Under the pieces are notes generated by a model. The model was not told where the DNA came from. It saw nothing but the letters and a program-made list of their open reading frames with translations, and searched no databases. A stretch of 64,000 nucleotides of DNA from Octopus vulgaris (lineage: Eukaryota): NCBI GenBank assembly GCA_951406725.2, contig OX597830.1:35774001-35838000 (forward strand), given 5' to 3'. Of this stretch, positions 18,010 to 31,234 are shown one piece after another; the stretch's first letter is position 1; the number at the start of each line of letters is the position of its first letter. A program made the translations under genes and the position numbers.

Positions 18010-18185
18010 ACATGCGTATATGTAGCAGCGAGTGGGCAGAATTTTTAATATATCGTACAAAACGCTTAACATGATTTATTCGGGTTTTACGTCCAGAGAT
18101 CATATTCTGGTCAATTTTGCATTTCTTCCTTCGGGCCCGAGGCAATAAGTACCAGTTGAGCAATGAAGACGGTATTATCAACTAG
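18010..18185 (-). mobile_element. Decayed SINE B-like fragment
   Basis: Head/B-box region and AATAAGTACCAGTT remnants; orientation and ends uncertain. Confidence 0.35.
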
Positions 18186-18248
18186 CCCCTTTCTTCAAAA
18201 CTTATATATATATATATATATAAACCGGCCCTCACCAAGAATATATGC

Positions 18249-18280
<32 letters not shown>

Positions 18281-18283
<3 letters not shown>

Positions 18284-18445
18284 TGTGTTTATGTAGCCGT
18301 AACTTACCGGCTCAACAAAAGAAACTGATAGAATAATTACTAGGCTTACAAAAAATAAGTCCTGGGGTCGATTTGTTCGACTAAAGGTGGTGCTCCTGCA
18401 TGGCCGCACTCAAATGACTGAAACAAGTAAAAGAATAAAAGAATA
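18281..18445 (+). mobile_element. SINE A right arm
   Basis: TGGTGTGTTTATG...CATGGCCGCACTCAAATGACTGAAACAAGTAAAAGAATAAAAGA. Confidence 0.85.
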
Positions 18446-18515
18446 TACATACATAAAGAAAACAGAAAATGGAGATAACATTGATGAACAACAATTGATT
18501 TGCATCAATTATTAT

Positions 18516-18904
18516 CAGGAGTGGCTGTGTGGTAAGTAGCTTGTTTACCAACCACATGGTTCCGGGTTCAGTCCCACTGCGTGGCATCTTGGGCAAGTGT
18601 CTTCTACTATGGCCTCGGGCCGACCAATACCTTGTGAGTGGATTTGGTAGACGGAAACTGAAAGAAACCCGTCGTATATATGTATGTATATATATATGTA
18701 TGTGTGTGTGTTTGTGTGTGTGTTTGTCCCCCTAGCATTGCTTGACAACCGATGCTGGTGTGTTTATGTCCCCGTCACTTAGCGGTTCGGCAAAAAGAGA
18801 CCGATAGAATAAGTTCCGGGGTCGAGTTGCTCGATTAAAGGCGGTGCTCCAGCATGGCCGCAGTCAAATGACTGAAACAAGTAAAAGGGTAAAAGGGTAA
18901 AGAG
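18516..18904 (+). mobile_element. SINE A full length, young
   Basis: Complete head, CORE-like box, internal microsatellite, right arm and (GTAAAAGG)n tail. Confidence 0.9.
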
Positions 18905-19659
18905 ACTGCATCCCATCTAACAGCTGTTTCTGCTACCAATGTTCTTTGGAATTACCATTGTGATGCTAAGAGAATATTTATCATAGTTGGTAATAAAACC
19001 GATTTGAATCGTGGAACTTCATCAGAATGGAAAATAAATAAATAAATAAAAAGAAGAGACTAGAAAGGAAGAAGGAAAGGTTGAGTATGGTGAGAGTGAT
19101 GTCATGTTGCATGTAGAGTCATTGGACGATGAATGAATGGCTAACATTTAAAATAAGAGGTGTATTTGGTGGGATAATCCTATGTTCAGAGATTAGAAAA
19201 ATAATAGCTATTTACGTAAATAGGATAAGTCAAAAGAGGAATAAAAATACAATAAAGTTTAAGTAATAATAATTATGTTTATACTACTAAGTAATAGTAT
19301 TTATCATAATAAATTGCTTATCGATTTAATATAATTTTTCACTTACTACCAGTAGGTATTTCAGTCAATCCACCTATTGCCCAAAGTAGACCAAGGGCCA
19401 ACGCCAGATGTCATTGGTCAGTTACTATTTTAAAAAAATACTAACTGAGCAATACGAACTGACCAATTATATTGTTTAGATATAGGCAATATACCGGTAA
19501 TATTTTGGATATTCGTATCCCTTAGACGGTTAGTTTTACTTATAATTCAACTAACCATATATATATATATAGGGAGAGAAAGACATATATATGAATTACA
19601 TGTGTGTGTGTGTGTGTACATATATATGTATATATATATGTGTGTGTGTGTGTGTGTAC

Positions 19660-19716
<57 letters not shown>

Positions 19717-19924
19717 TGTGTGTGTTTATGTGTATGTGTGTGTGTACGAATGTATGTGAAGAGGGACGGACAGTTCTATAATGACGTGTGATTTTTACGA
19801 AGTATAAAAACATGTACACAGATAAACACGCGCATAGTGTAGAATAGTAGCATGATTGGTTGGGACACTTGATTGTGTTGATTATTATATCTATATTGAA
19901 TAAAACTTGTTCCGTTAAGGAAAT

Positions 19925-20090
19925 ACAAAATGATACCCACAAAAACATTTTTTATGCACCAAAGCTAACAATATGATTAAGCGGAAGATTTCGTATTGCT
20001 TCAAGACAAAATGATGCTTACAGAAATGTATTTTATACTCAAAAGCTAACAATATCGTTGAGCTGAAGATTTCGTATTGATTCAAGACAA
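19925..20090. repeat. 81-bp tandem duplication
   Basis: ACAAAATGAT at 19925/20006 and AAAGCTAACAATAT at 19961/20042. Confidence 0.85.
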
Positions 20091-20247
20091 GGGGTGAGTA
20101 GGTGAGGAGGTGGTCGCAATAATTAGTTGGTTTCACTCTTGGCCAATCGATCACTGCTTTTGTAGCAGCTTGTGTCTTGACACTGACCAATACGATGAGT
20201 CGATAATTAAACCATTAGCATCCAAAATTATTTTAAGATATCATACG

Positions 20248-20301
<54 letters not shown>

Positions 20302-20302
20302 G

Positions 20303-20465
20303 GGTGCAGGCGTGGTAGTGTGATTAGTAGCTTGCGTGCCATACCTAATGGTTCTGAGTTCAGTCCCACTGCGTGGCACCTTGGGCTAGTGTCTTGTAGT
20401 ATAGCCTCTGGCTGACCAAAGACTTAGGAGTGGATTTGATAGACGGAAGCTGAAAGAAACCTGTG

Positions 20466-20467
<2 letters not shown>
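20303..20467 (+). mobile_element. SINE A left arm
   Basis: GGTGCAGGCGTGG...CACCTTGGGC...GACGGAAGCTGAAAGAAAC. Confidence 0.8.
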
Positions 20468-20518
<51 letters not shown>

Positions 20519-20676
20519 CGTGTGTGTCTGTGCTGGTGTGTGTGTATGTGCGTGTGTGTGTGTAATTCTTTTCTGGAACGCTAGATCTCGAAGCAGATAA
20601 TTTATAAATATTACCATGTAAATATTGGGCTGAGAAACCTGTGAATAGAAGTCGAAAACTGTCCGTGGTAGGACGC

Positions 20677-20811
20677 CTGCCAAATCCACTCACAAGGCTT
20701 TGGTCGGCCCGCGGCTATAGTAGAAGACACTTGCCCAAGGTGCCACGCAGTGGGACTGAACCCGGAAGCATGTGGTTGGCAAGCAAGCTACTTACCACAC
20801 AGCCACTCCTG
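20677..20811 (-). mobile_element. SINE A left arm (inverted relative to 20303)
   Basis: Reverse complement of the family A head. Confidence 0.85.
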
Positions 20812-21315
20812 TGTACGATATGATCGTTGCTCTAGTGTAATAAGCATTCATAAAAACATACACAGTAACATATATCCATACATTCAAGTACGTCTATAGT
20901 GGAAACTGAATCTGTCTTTACGGTTTATATATATATCCTAAATGAACAATATATGTACGCATGTGTTTGAGCAGGTGGGCGCGGGGGCTTGTGTTTCTGT
21001 GCGCTGTGCGCATGTGTGTATCGGTATATGCGCGCACACACGCGTGTGAGTGCATACCTCTGTGTGTGTCTGTGTCTGTGTGTGTGTATGTCATTGCTAG
21101 AAATGTCCTGTCTCTTTTGTCGAGACAAAAAGACTCAAGAATGCAAATTTCCTTTAGTAATGTTTCGAATATTCAATTAAAGTAATATTTTTCTTCATTT
21201 TCGATCGCAAACTTCCATCTAATCGTTAAGATACTAATGCCTCGGGCGTAAACCTTTTCTGTGTTTAACAAATCTACGTCTAAACAAATAAATATATAAA
21301 TGAATAAATATATAT

Positions 21316-21399
<84 letters not shown>

Positions 21400-21401
<2 letters not shown>

Positions 21402-22128
21402 AGTGGCTGTGTGGTAAGTAGGTTGCTTACCAACCACATGGTTCTGAATTCAGTCTCACTTGTGCAAGTGTCTTCTTCTATGGCTTCGGGCAGACTAAAG
21501 CCTTGTGAGTGGACTTGGTAGACGGAAACCGAAAGAAGACAATCGTATATAAATATGTATGAATGCATATATACATGTGTGTATATATAGATATATATAT
21601 GTGGGGAAAAAATCAAGACAGAAAATGCTAAAATATTTTTATAAAAACATTTCAGTATCGGTTTCAGTCATTGAGACTTCTTCAAGTGTAAGTATGGAAA
21701 ACAATTAAATTTTGGAAAAATTAAAAGAAAAGTTTTTTTTAAAGAATATTTGCATAGTGTTTAAATACAAGTGGCATTTTCCTTGTTTCTGTATAAATAT
21801 ATATATATATATATAATGTATGTATGTATGTATGTATGTATGTATGTATGTATGTATCTATGTATGTATGTATGCATGTGTGTATGTATGTATGCATGTG
21901 TGTATGTATGTATATGTTTGTGTGTTTGTGTTGGTCCCCCCACCATTGCTTCACAACCGATGTTGGTGTGTTTACGTCACTGTAACTTAGCGGTTCGGGA
22001 AAAGAGACCGATAGAATAAGTACTAGGCTTACAAAAGAATAAGTCTTGGGGTCGATTTGTTCGACTAAAGGCGGTGCTCCAGCATGGTCGCAATCAAATG
22101 ACTGAGACAAATAATAGAATAAAAGAAT
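21400..22128 (+). mobile_element. SINE A interrupted in its internal microsatellite by a hammerhead-bearing element
   Basis: Left arm 21400-21548, right arm ~21920-22128. Confidence 0.8.
21601..21792 (-). mobile_element. Short Penelope-derived element with hammerhead-like core (21653-21688)
   Basis: Minus strand: cac-TTGAAGA-AGTC-tcaat-GACT-GAAAC-CG-ATA-ctg; TA repeats on both flanks. Confidence 0.55.
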
Positions 22129-22793
22129 ATTTATTTATATATTAGTTTATCTAGGTGTGAAATAACTACCTAAGGGATATTAAATATCCGATGAGTTTAC
22201 TGGGGTTTTTTTATCAACCATACCAATAGCAATGTTATGAACTGTCGTGAATTGTTCCTGGCTCAGAAAATTCTGTATGGAACACAAAAATAAAATGGAG
22301 CAAAGTGTAATATTTATGCATATGTATATTTATCGAAATCGTGGACAACGCATTACCGAATACTGGTATCTTGGATCACTATTCTTTTTCTCTTTGTTCT
22401 TTTTATTTATATATTTTTTGATGCCTCGAATTGACCCAATCCTTCTGAGTGAAATCAAATTGGATGAAAACTGAGTAGAATAACTTCTTGAGAGTATCTG
22501 AGGCTCAAAGCTTACATCCTTTCACTTACTCTGTCATGATGATTCCACCTGAGCACTGCGTTAAGGGTATAGATTACAGTGGAATATTTAATCACACACA
22601 CACACACACTAAATGAATGAGAGGATAATTAAGTTGATGAAACAACAGAATCTTCATCATCGAAAGAGACGGAGATCCGCTGAATTTTTACTTTTCTTAA
22701 CAGCTGTTGTTTTACCACAGAAATTCGTGTTATTTTGCATACAATTTAGTTTAGCGCTTTCCTCAATTACGATAAGCCAAGCTTGATTGTTCA

Positions 22794-23008
22794 GCGGCGT
22801 TCTAGCAGAAACGTAGGCACGCTGGACGAAATGCTTAGCAGTATTTCGCCGGTCGCTACGTTCTGAGTTCAATTTCCGCCGAGGTCGACTTTGCCTTTCA
22901 TCCTTTCGAGGTCGATAAATTAAGTACCCGTCAAGTACTGGGATCGATGTGATCGACCATCTACTTCCCCTCAATTTCCAGTCCTTGAGCTAGAGTAGAA
23001 AGGATTAT
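22794..23008 (+). mobile_element. SINE B flanked by ~93-bp direct repeats
   Basis: Family B motifs; repeats at 22701-22793 and 23009-23102. Confidence 0.85.
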
Positions 23009-23479
23009 CAGGTGTTGCTTTACTGCAACAATGCCGTGTTATTTCACGTACAATTTAGCTTAACACTTACCTCAATTGCGATAAGCCAAACTTGATTGTT
23101 CAACGAATTCAGCTGCGCAGCTCATCGTGAAACTTTTGGAATAAATGTCTTTGTAATAAATCAGCGAAAGTAAATCTTCAGAAAGTAAACTAATGCACCG
23201 ATTGTAAAAATTGAAAGCAATACCCGAAGGATTACGAAACCACGTGTACTTAACGCCGTAAATTCACATCTTCAGTCAGTGAGAACATGTATTTAATTCC
23301 GGCCGGGGCCGCTCAACTTGTTAGAAATATCAGTCAAATATCATATGAGCCTTGTATCTTAGAAAAACGATTTGGAGCGCACTGTGCATTTGAAGATAAT
23401 CGAAACTGGTTGATCAAAGTCAGGCAGTGGTAAAAAACGAAACGGCAACGTCAATTTCACTTCACTTGCGCAAATAATC

Positions 23480-23901
23480 GTTTCCACTATCGGAACAAGC
23501 TCTGATATTTGGGGAATGAGGATAAGACGATTACATGACCCCCAGTGCTCAACAGGTACTATATTTTATCGACGCTGAAAGCATGAAAGGCAAAATTGAC
23601 TTTGAAGAAATCAGAACGTAAAGACGGATGAAATACCGCTAAACATTTTATCTGATGTGCTAACGTTTCTACCCGCTCGCCACGTTCACGTGAAAAAATA
23701 AAGGCTTCAAATTTTAGCAGAAGATAAGCAAAGGGGTAAGTCGACTACATCGACCCCAGCACACAACTGTACTTAATTTATTGAACCTGAAAGGATGAAA
23801 TGTAAAGTCGACATCGGCGGAATTTGAACTTAGAACGTAAAGACGAACGAAATGCTGCTAAGTATTTTGCCGAACGTATTAACGCTTCAGCCAGCTCGCC
23901 A
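23480..23901 (-). mobile_element. Two tandem SINE B copies (~23480-23685, ~23703-23901)
   Basis: Reverse complement of family B (AAAGTCGACATCGGCGGAATTTGAACT...CCAGCTCGCC). Confidence 0.8.
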
Positions 23902-23919
23902 GTTTCGTCAGAGCAAATA

Positions 23920-24125
23920 CAGTAAACGCTCGATTATCGCAGGTGTTACGTTCCAAAACCTCCCACAGAAATAATTAAATTCTAAAAATATATAAATACC
24001 TATCGGCCACAGAAACCCACGATATACTGAGGAGTGTACGATCTAAATTTACATATATTAACCAGAAAAATTCGCGATGTACTGCGTGCGCGATAAATGA
24101 AGCGCGATATGGTGAGGGATTACTG
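23920..24125. mobile_element. Tc1/mariner-superfamily (Tigger/pogo-like) MITE
   Basis: TA|CAGTAAACGCTCGATTATCGC ... GCGATATGGTGAGGGATTACTG imperfect TIRs. Confidence 0.65.
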
Positions 24126-24209
24126 CAATACAAAATAAAGGTCATAACACCAGGAAATTAAAGCTATGCATGAGACAACAAAACTAAGTAGCGTAATTAA
24201 AGTAACTTG

Positions 24210-24380
24210 GTTTTGTTGCTTATCAGCAGGTCAGCCTTGCTGCAGCAATTCGCGATCAAAAGCGTTCCAGCCATGACTATACACATTTTTTAATATATCA
24301 GGTATTGCAATGTCCATGATGCCCTACTTTTCTTGGAAAACGGTGACGGGGTTGATATGTCTATGCCGAGAGTACTTGTT
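24210..24380 (-). mobile_element. Old dispersed repeat family C (SINE-like)
   Basis: AGGTCAGCC...GATCAAAAGCGTTCCAGCCATGAC; related decayed copies at ~37690, 52395, 53975, 60410 and 61145. Confidence 0.5.
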
Positions 24381-24725
24381 GCTACGTCAAATGATGAGAA
24401 AATAATAGAGGTTTTAGACGAAGTATCTTAAGAGAAGCAACATTAAGAAATATCACAAATGGTTGAAGGAAACATTTGAGACTAAGTATTTTGTGTTTAA
24501 AGTTTTTACATTTGGCTGTGGATGGTCTAATTTCGATGTGTAATATATCTGGGAGATTGAGACTTATCAATAACAGCTGTGACATTGATAAACGAGAAAA
24601 GAAGGCGGCTAAAAGTGTGCAAACACGTATAATGAGGAAGGGATGGTCGTAATAACAATGATGCGTAAAACGAAGAAGGCAAACGAAGGAAGAAGAAAGA
24701 AGAAGAAGAAGAAGAAGAAGAAGAA

Positions 24726-24756
<31 letters not shown>

Positions 24757-24914
24757 AAGAAGAAGAAGAAGAAGAAGAAGAAGAAGATGATGAAGAAGAA
24801 GGAACTGTTTAGATATCTCTAGGCTATATATCTGAGATGTTAAATACAAAATAACTCGAACAAATACGTATATACACAAGTATTCATCCACAAATACATT
24901 CATAAAATACATAC

Positions 24915-24975
<61 letters not shown>

Positions 24976-25461
24976 TATACGCACACAAATATGCATACAT
25001 ACATACATACACACATGCATGCATATATTAATCCACACGTACATGACGTACATATATACAAACATTCATACATATTACATACGTACTCACGGCATTACTC
25101 GGCCATTTTGGGTTCTATAGAATGTATCTGAAAAGTTCATATGACCTATGAACTTTTTAAAAAGATGTGCATTAGGTCAAATACTTTAAGAAGTTCATAG
25201 GCGATGTGCAACTAAGATGAAAAAGTGTAGCTTAGAACTTGGAACATACACCCTCTTATGTATTACATATTCGGTTCGGATGCAAATTATATGTGTGTGC
25301 GTGTATATATATATATATATACTTACACGCATATATACATATCCATATATATTTATATATGTATATATACATACATACATACATTCATATATATATATAA
25401 CGGTGATGACCCAGCATGACCGCAGCTTCGAAGCTGAAACAATTTAGAGATTAAAAAAGTG

Positions 25462-25545
<84 letters not shown>

Positions 25546-25584
25546 CATGTATATATATATATGTATGTATGTATGTATTTGTAT

Positions 25585-26285
25585 GTGTCTGTTTTTTGTC
25601 CGCCTGCCATCGCTTGACGACCGATGTTGGTGTGTTTACGTCTTCGTAACATACCTGTTCGGCAAAAGGAGACCGATAGAACAAGTACTAGGCTTACAAA
25701 GAATAAGTCCTATTGTCGATTTGTTCCACTAAGGACGGTGCTCCAAAATGGCCGCAGTCAGATGACAGAAACAATTAAAAGAAAAAGAAAAAGAAAGAAT
25801 ATTACACACCAGGAAGAGAATTTTATGCGTATGACAAATGCAAATGAGAAATGGTGGAACGTTTTGTAGTTCTGGGTTCAGTCTCGTCGCGTGTCATTTT
25901 TGACAAATGTTTTCCACTATAACACTGGATCAAGCAAAGACTCGTGAGTGGTTTTTGATAGACGGAAACTGAAAGAAACTGATGTGTGTGTGTGAGAGAG
26001 AGAGAGAAAGAGAGAGAGAGTTTATGTGTATGTGTGTTTGTCTTTGTGTTCGTGTTTGCCTGCCACCGCACCCCATTCCAGCAGCGTCTTACAACCGTTT
26101 CAGGTTTGCTTACGTCCACGTAAAGTAGCAGTTCGGTAAAAAGCGACAAATAAAATAAGTACCAGACATTAAGAGGGGAAAAAAGCAAAAAACGTACTGG
26201 AGTTTTGTTTCATTCAACTAAACTCTTCAAAGCAGATCTACCACATGGCCACTGTCTGACGAATGAAACAAGTAAAAGATGAACA
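25585..26285 (+). mobile_element. SINE A right arm (25585-25800) followed by an older full SINE A (25850-26285)
   Basis: Family A motifs. Confidence 0.75.
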
Positions 26286-26680
26286 AAAATAGATACCCTT
26301 CACGGCTTAACTGCCAAGTTCCCATATAGCCTGGAAGTCTTATATGGAGATGATGGCATTCATACAGAGAAACACGAATAATCTGTGCAGCGACATATTC
26401 AAGATTGTAATCTATTCTGATGTTACAGTAACTAAATTATATTCATAATTCTCCTTATACAAAACCAGACAAGCTATGACACTCTATATTTCTCTATATT
26501 CTGACTTACCAGTCGTCTAGTCGCCTAATCATATTTTACATAAGTTGGTCGAAAATATCTCACATCGAATATACCACCTATCGTTCGATGAATCTATGTT
26601 CAATATTATGTCAGATTACGATAATGCGTTAATACATGATGGATTCGCTGAAAAGAAAACAAAAAAAGATGCATAAAAAT

Positions 26681-26885
26681 ATTCTTTTCTATTCTAGGCA
26701 CTAGGTCCGAAGTTCTTGGGGAAAGGGGGCCAGTCGATTAGATCGACCCCAGTACGCAACTGGTACTTAATTTAGCGACCCCGAAAGGAGAAAGGAAAAG
26801 TCGACCTCGGCGAACTCAGAACGTAAAGACGAAATACCACTAAACATTTCGCCCGGCGTGTTAACGTTTCTGCCAGTTCGCCGCC
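26681..26885 (-). mobile_element. SINE B with ~15-bp TSD
   Basis: Family B reverse complement; flanks GATGCATAAAAATATT / GATACATAAAATATT. Confidence 0.85.
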
Positions 26886-26932
26886 TTGATACATAAAATA
26901 TTAATCCACATAGTTTCCTGACGGGACAAGTA

Positions 26933-27215
26933 CAGGCGTGGCTGTGTGGTCAAAAAGCTCAGCTCACTTTGCAACCACGTGATCTCGGGTTCAGTCCCAT
27001 CTGCACGGTAATTTGGGCATCGTATATATGTACGTGTGTCTTTACGTCTGTGTTTGTCATTCTCACCTTTTGACAGTTGGTTTGTTTACGTCCTTGTGAC
27101 TTAGCAGTTCGGCGAAAAATGACGATAGAATGGGTACCAGGCTTAAAAGTATGTCCTGAGGTGACAAGCGCTTCAAAGCGTTGTCCTAGTCCGATGGCTC
27201 AAACAAGAAAAAGAC
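26933..27215 (+). mobile_element. Old SINE A
   Basis: CAGGCGTGGCTGTGTGG...GGGTTCAGTCCCA, right arm remnants. Confidence 0.7.
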
Positions 27216-27287
27216 AGAAAAATGAATAGCACCTGGACGTCTCACCTGTTAATCAAAACATTTCGATGTTTCGAGCCAAAATATATA

Positions 27288-27670
27288 CAGGGATTGGTTA
27301 AAATCATGAAAAAAACCTTAAAATTTCAAGCGAATTTATTTTAATATGGGGTAGGACCCCTTTTGGCTGTAATTACAGCTTGAATTGTACGAGGTATGAC
27401 TCGTACAAAGTTTGAATTGTTTGCAAAGGAATTTTTGTCTTTTCTTCAGCTAAAACAGCCTCCAGTTCTTGTAGTGATAGAGGATATCGACGCCTCACTT
27501 ATTTTTCTAAAATACACCATAAATGTTCAATAATATTGAGATCTGTAGACTGTGGTGTCCAGATAAGATGTTCAAATTCACTAGAATATTCCTCGTGCAG
27601 TAACAACTTTAGCTGTGTGAATTGGTGCATTAACATCCTGAAAGATTGCGTTTCCCTCCGGAAACAGTTC
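27288..27670 (-). mobile_element. Tc1 (DD34E-type) transposase 3' remnant with TIR
   Basis: Minus translation EGNAIFQDVNAPIHTAKVV / HLIWTPQSTDLNIIEHLW ... AVITAKRGPTPY*; ends CCCTG|TA. Confidence 0.85.
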
Positions 27671-27706
27671 TCTCACATGCCTTTTCATTATCTCTGGTCC
27701 GCCAAA

Positions 27707-28087
27707 GCGGCGACCTGACAGAAACGTTAGCAGGCCGGGCGAAATGCTCAGCAGTATTTCGTCTACGTTCTGAGTTCAAATTCCGCCAAGGTCGACTTCG
27801 CCTTTCATCCTTTCGGGGTCGATTAAATAAGTACCAGTTACGCACTGGAGTCGATATAATCACCTTAATCCGTTTGTCTGTGTTTGTCCTCTCTGTGTTT
27901 AGCCCCTTGTGGGTAGTAAAGAAATAGGTATTTCGCCTGTCTTTACGTTCTGAGTTCAAATTCCGCCGGGGTCGACTTTGCCTGTCATCCTTTCGAGGTC
28001 GATAAATTAAGCACCAGTTGCGTACTGTGGTCGATCTAATCGATTGGCCCCCTCCCCAAAAATTTCGTGCTTTGTCTCTAGAAATAA
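27707..28087 (+). mobile_element. Dimeric SINE B with TSD
   Basis: Same internal junction AAAGAAATA|GGTATTTCG as the copy at 4608; flanks TTATCTCTGGTCCGCC / TTATCTGGTCCACC. Confidence 0.85.
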
Positions 28088-28246
28088 TTATCTGGTCCAC
28101 CGTAACAATTATTCTCTCTTCTTCTCCACTCTCTCCCTCTCTCGCTTTATCACTCCCTTCCTCTCTCTCTCCTGCCCCACTCTTTTCCTCCCTCTCCCCC
28201 TCTCTCTCTCTCTCCTGCCTCACTCTTTTCCTCCCTCTCCCCCTCT

Positions 28247-28328
<82 letters not shown>

Positions 28329-28690
28329 CCTCGTTCTCATTCTCGAATAAACACTTCAAACACACCAATTCCCAATGTCTTTAGCCACCATCATTTCAAG
28401 CACACATCGTTCATGTTGTCCTCTGCCCTCACTCATTCTTCTATACAATTTCTGTCTCCACCTTTCCATGCCTTCTCGCCACTACCTATCTAAATTTCTG
28501 ACACTCACTACCTCCCACTTCTCTCTCTGTCTGTCTGTCTCTCCCTCTCTCTCTCTTAATCTGTATCTCTCCATATCTTTCTATTCAACTAACGGCTAAT
28601 AAGCAAGGGCGGTATAGATACTAATTAATGTTATTGAAACTCACCCTGAAAAAAATATACATAAAAGTACGTGTGTGTATGTATACATAC

Positions 28691-28748
<58 letters not shown>

Positions 28749-28883
28749 GGTGCGTGCATCTGTGAATGTGCGTGTGTGTATATATACGTATGCATACACA
28801 TAAGTATATCTATACTTCCATATACTTATATGCTCATACTTAGATATAACCGCATATATTAATATACATGGTATGTGATATAC

Positions 28884-28938
<55 letters not shown>

Positions 28939-28981
28939 GGTATGTTTCTATACATATATATATATATAGGTATGTTTCTGT

Positions 28982-29025
<44 letters not shown>

Positions 29026-29336
29026 TTGGTATATATGCAAGCACACGCTCATGACGTACACCCACACATATAATATATGTATGTATGTATATATATATAT
29101 ATGCATATATATACACATGTATGTATATCTATATATAAGTATGTATGTATACACACACATATGTATATGTGTGTGTTCGCGCGTGTTTGTGTGTGCGTGC
29201 GTGTGTGTATGCATGATTCTGTGAGTTCTTTATCCAATTTTGTTCTGACTTTTAGATAGGTTAGGGGCATAAAAGAAATGGAAAAATAATAAATACAGTA
29301 GTAAATATAATAATGAGTGAAAGAATGGACGAGATA

Positions 29337-29368
<32 letters not shown>

Positions 29369-29579
29369 AGGAAAGAAAGAAAGAAGGAAAGAAAAGGAAG
29401 AAGAAAGAAAAGGACAAATTAAGGTTGAAGAAAAAATGGCTACTGTCGAGAGGGCATGACAGAGGAGATGTTAAATAAACAGAAAACTAATAGAGTCGTA
29501 GCAAGTACAAGAACAACAAGCACAACTATGACGATTTCAGAATAATGGTGGTGAAGATGATTGTGATGGATGTGATGTT

Positions 29580-29916
29580 ATTGACGACGAGAATGACGAC
29601 GACGATGATGATAATGATGATGATGATGATGATGATCATCATCATCATCATCATCATCATGAGCTAGAGGAGGAGGAGAAGAATACCGCGGGGCATTAAA
29701 CGAGGTTAGTTAAGATGATGTTGCTGATGAAGGCAATGAAGGCGATGATGATGCCGATGACCACAACATGGATGAACGCAATGACGATAGTAATTAGAAA
29801 CATGAGGCTCATCATCATCCTCATCATCCTCATCATCATCCTCATCATCATCCTCATCATCATCCTCATCATCATCCTCATCATCATCATCATCATCCTC
29901 ATCATCATCATCATCC

Positions 29917-29968
<52 letters not shown>

Positions 29969-30200
29969 CATCATCACCATCATCATCATCATCATCCTCA
30001 TCCTCATCATCATCATAATCATCATCATCATCATCATGATAGTGGTGTTGGTGGTGTTGGTGGTGGTGGTGGTGGTAGTGGTGGTGATGATGATGGAGAA
30101 AAGGACGACGGTAACTACGATAAGGTAAGATGAATATGAATATGATGACAATGAAAAGCGCAATAATGATAAGGATGATAAGGATGAGGATGATGATGAT
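29580..30200. repeat. (GAT)n/(ATC)n/(GTG)n trinucleotide complex
   Basis: Direct sequence. Confidence 0.9.
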
Positions 30201-30499
30201 TACAGAGGCGAGTACGAAGACCAGTAAAAGTACGAAGCTTCAAAAATATAACTTCAGTACTGGGGTCTATTTGTTCGAAGAAAATTCTTCAAGACTGTGC
30301 CCCAGCATGGCCGCAGTGTAGTGATAGAAAGCAGGAAAAGATAAAAAAAATTATAAAAGGCAAAAGATCTATAGTGAGGGACGGGACTGGACGGGACTAA
30401 GGAGGAAAGATGGACAACAGTGAAATAACCAATTAGAAGTTATTTGCCAATTCAACATCTTCCCTAAGCCGTCTCCAGGTTCTTCACGTTCTTCGACAT

Positions 30500-31201
30500 C
30501 TTTTTCTTCACCATCTCTTTCCTTCTTCTTCTTCTTCTTCTTCTTCTTCTTCTTCTTCTTCTTCTTCTTCTTCTTCTTCTTCTTCTTCTCCCACTTCTTC
30601 TTCCACTTCTTCTTCCACTTCTTTTTCTTTTTCTTCTCCTCCTCCTCACCTTCTTCTTCCCTCCTCCTCCTTTTTCTTTTTCTTTTTTTTTCTTCTCTTC
30701 TTCTTCTCTTCATCCTTCTTCTTCTCCGCTTCCTTCTTCTTCTCCACATCCTTCTTTTCCTCCTCTTCCTCTTACTTTTTATTTTTCTGTTTCTCCTTCC
30801 TCTTCTTCTTCTCTTCATCCTTCTTCTTCTCCGCTTCCTTCTTCTTCTCATCTTTCTTCTTCTCCTCCTCCTCCCCTTTTTTTCCTCCTCCTCCTCCTTT
30901 TTCTTTTTCTTTTTCTGTTTCTTCTTCTTCTTCTCTGCCACCCCTTCCCCTTAATTTTCTACTTCCACGTCCTCCTCTTCCAACACGTCTCCCTCCTTTT
31001 TCTTCTACATCTTCTTTTCCCCACTTCTACTTCTCTTCCCTTCTCCTCCCTGTCTCCCTTCCTATTCTTCTTTTTCAGCTTCTTTATCCTCTTACCTTTC
31101 GTTTTTCCTCTTCTTTGTCATCGTCACTGCTACTTCTTTTTCTTCTTCTTCTTCTTCTTCTTCTTCTTCTTCTTCTTCTTCTTCTTCTTCTTCTTCTTCT
31201 T

Positions 31202-31234
<33 letters not shown>

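Noticed and set aside
26333-26360. EVLYGDDGI, possible RT YADD motif
   Set aside because: No flanking RT motifs recognisable
30369-30941. Lys/Arg-rich protamine-like ORF
   Set aside because: Reverse of a (CTT)n/(TCC)n tract
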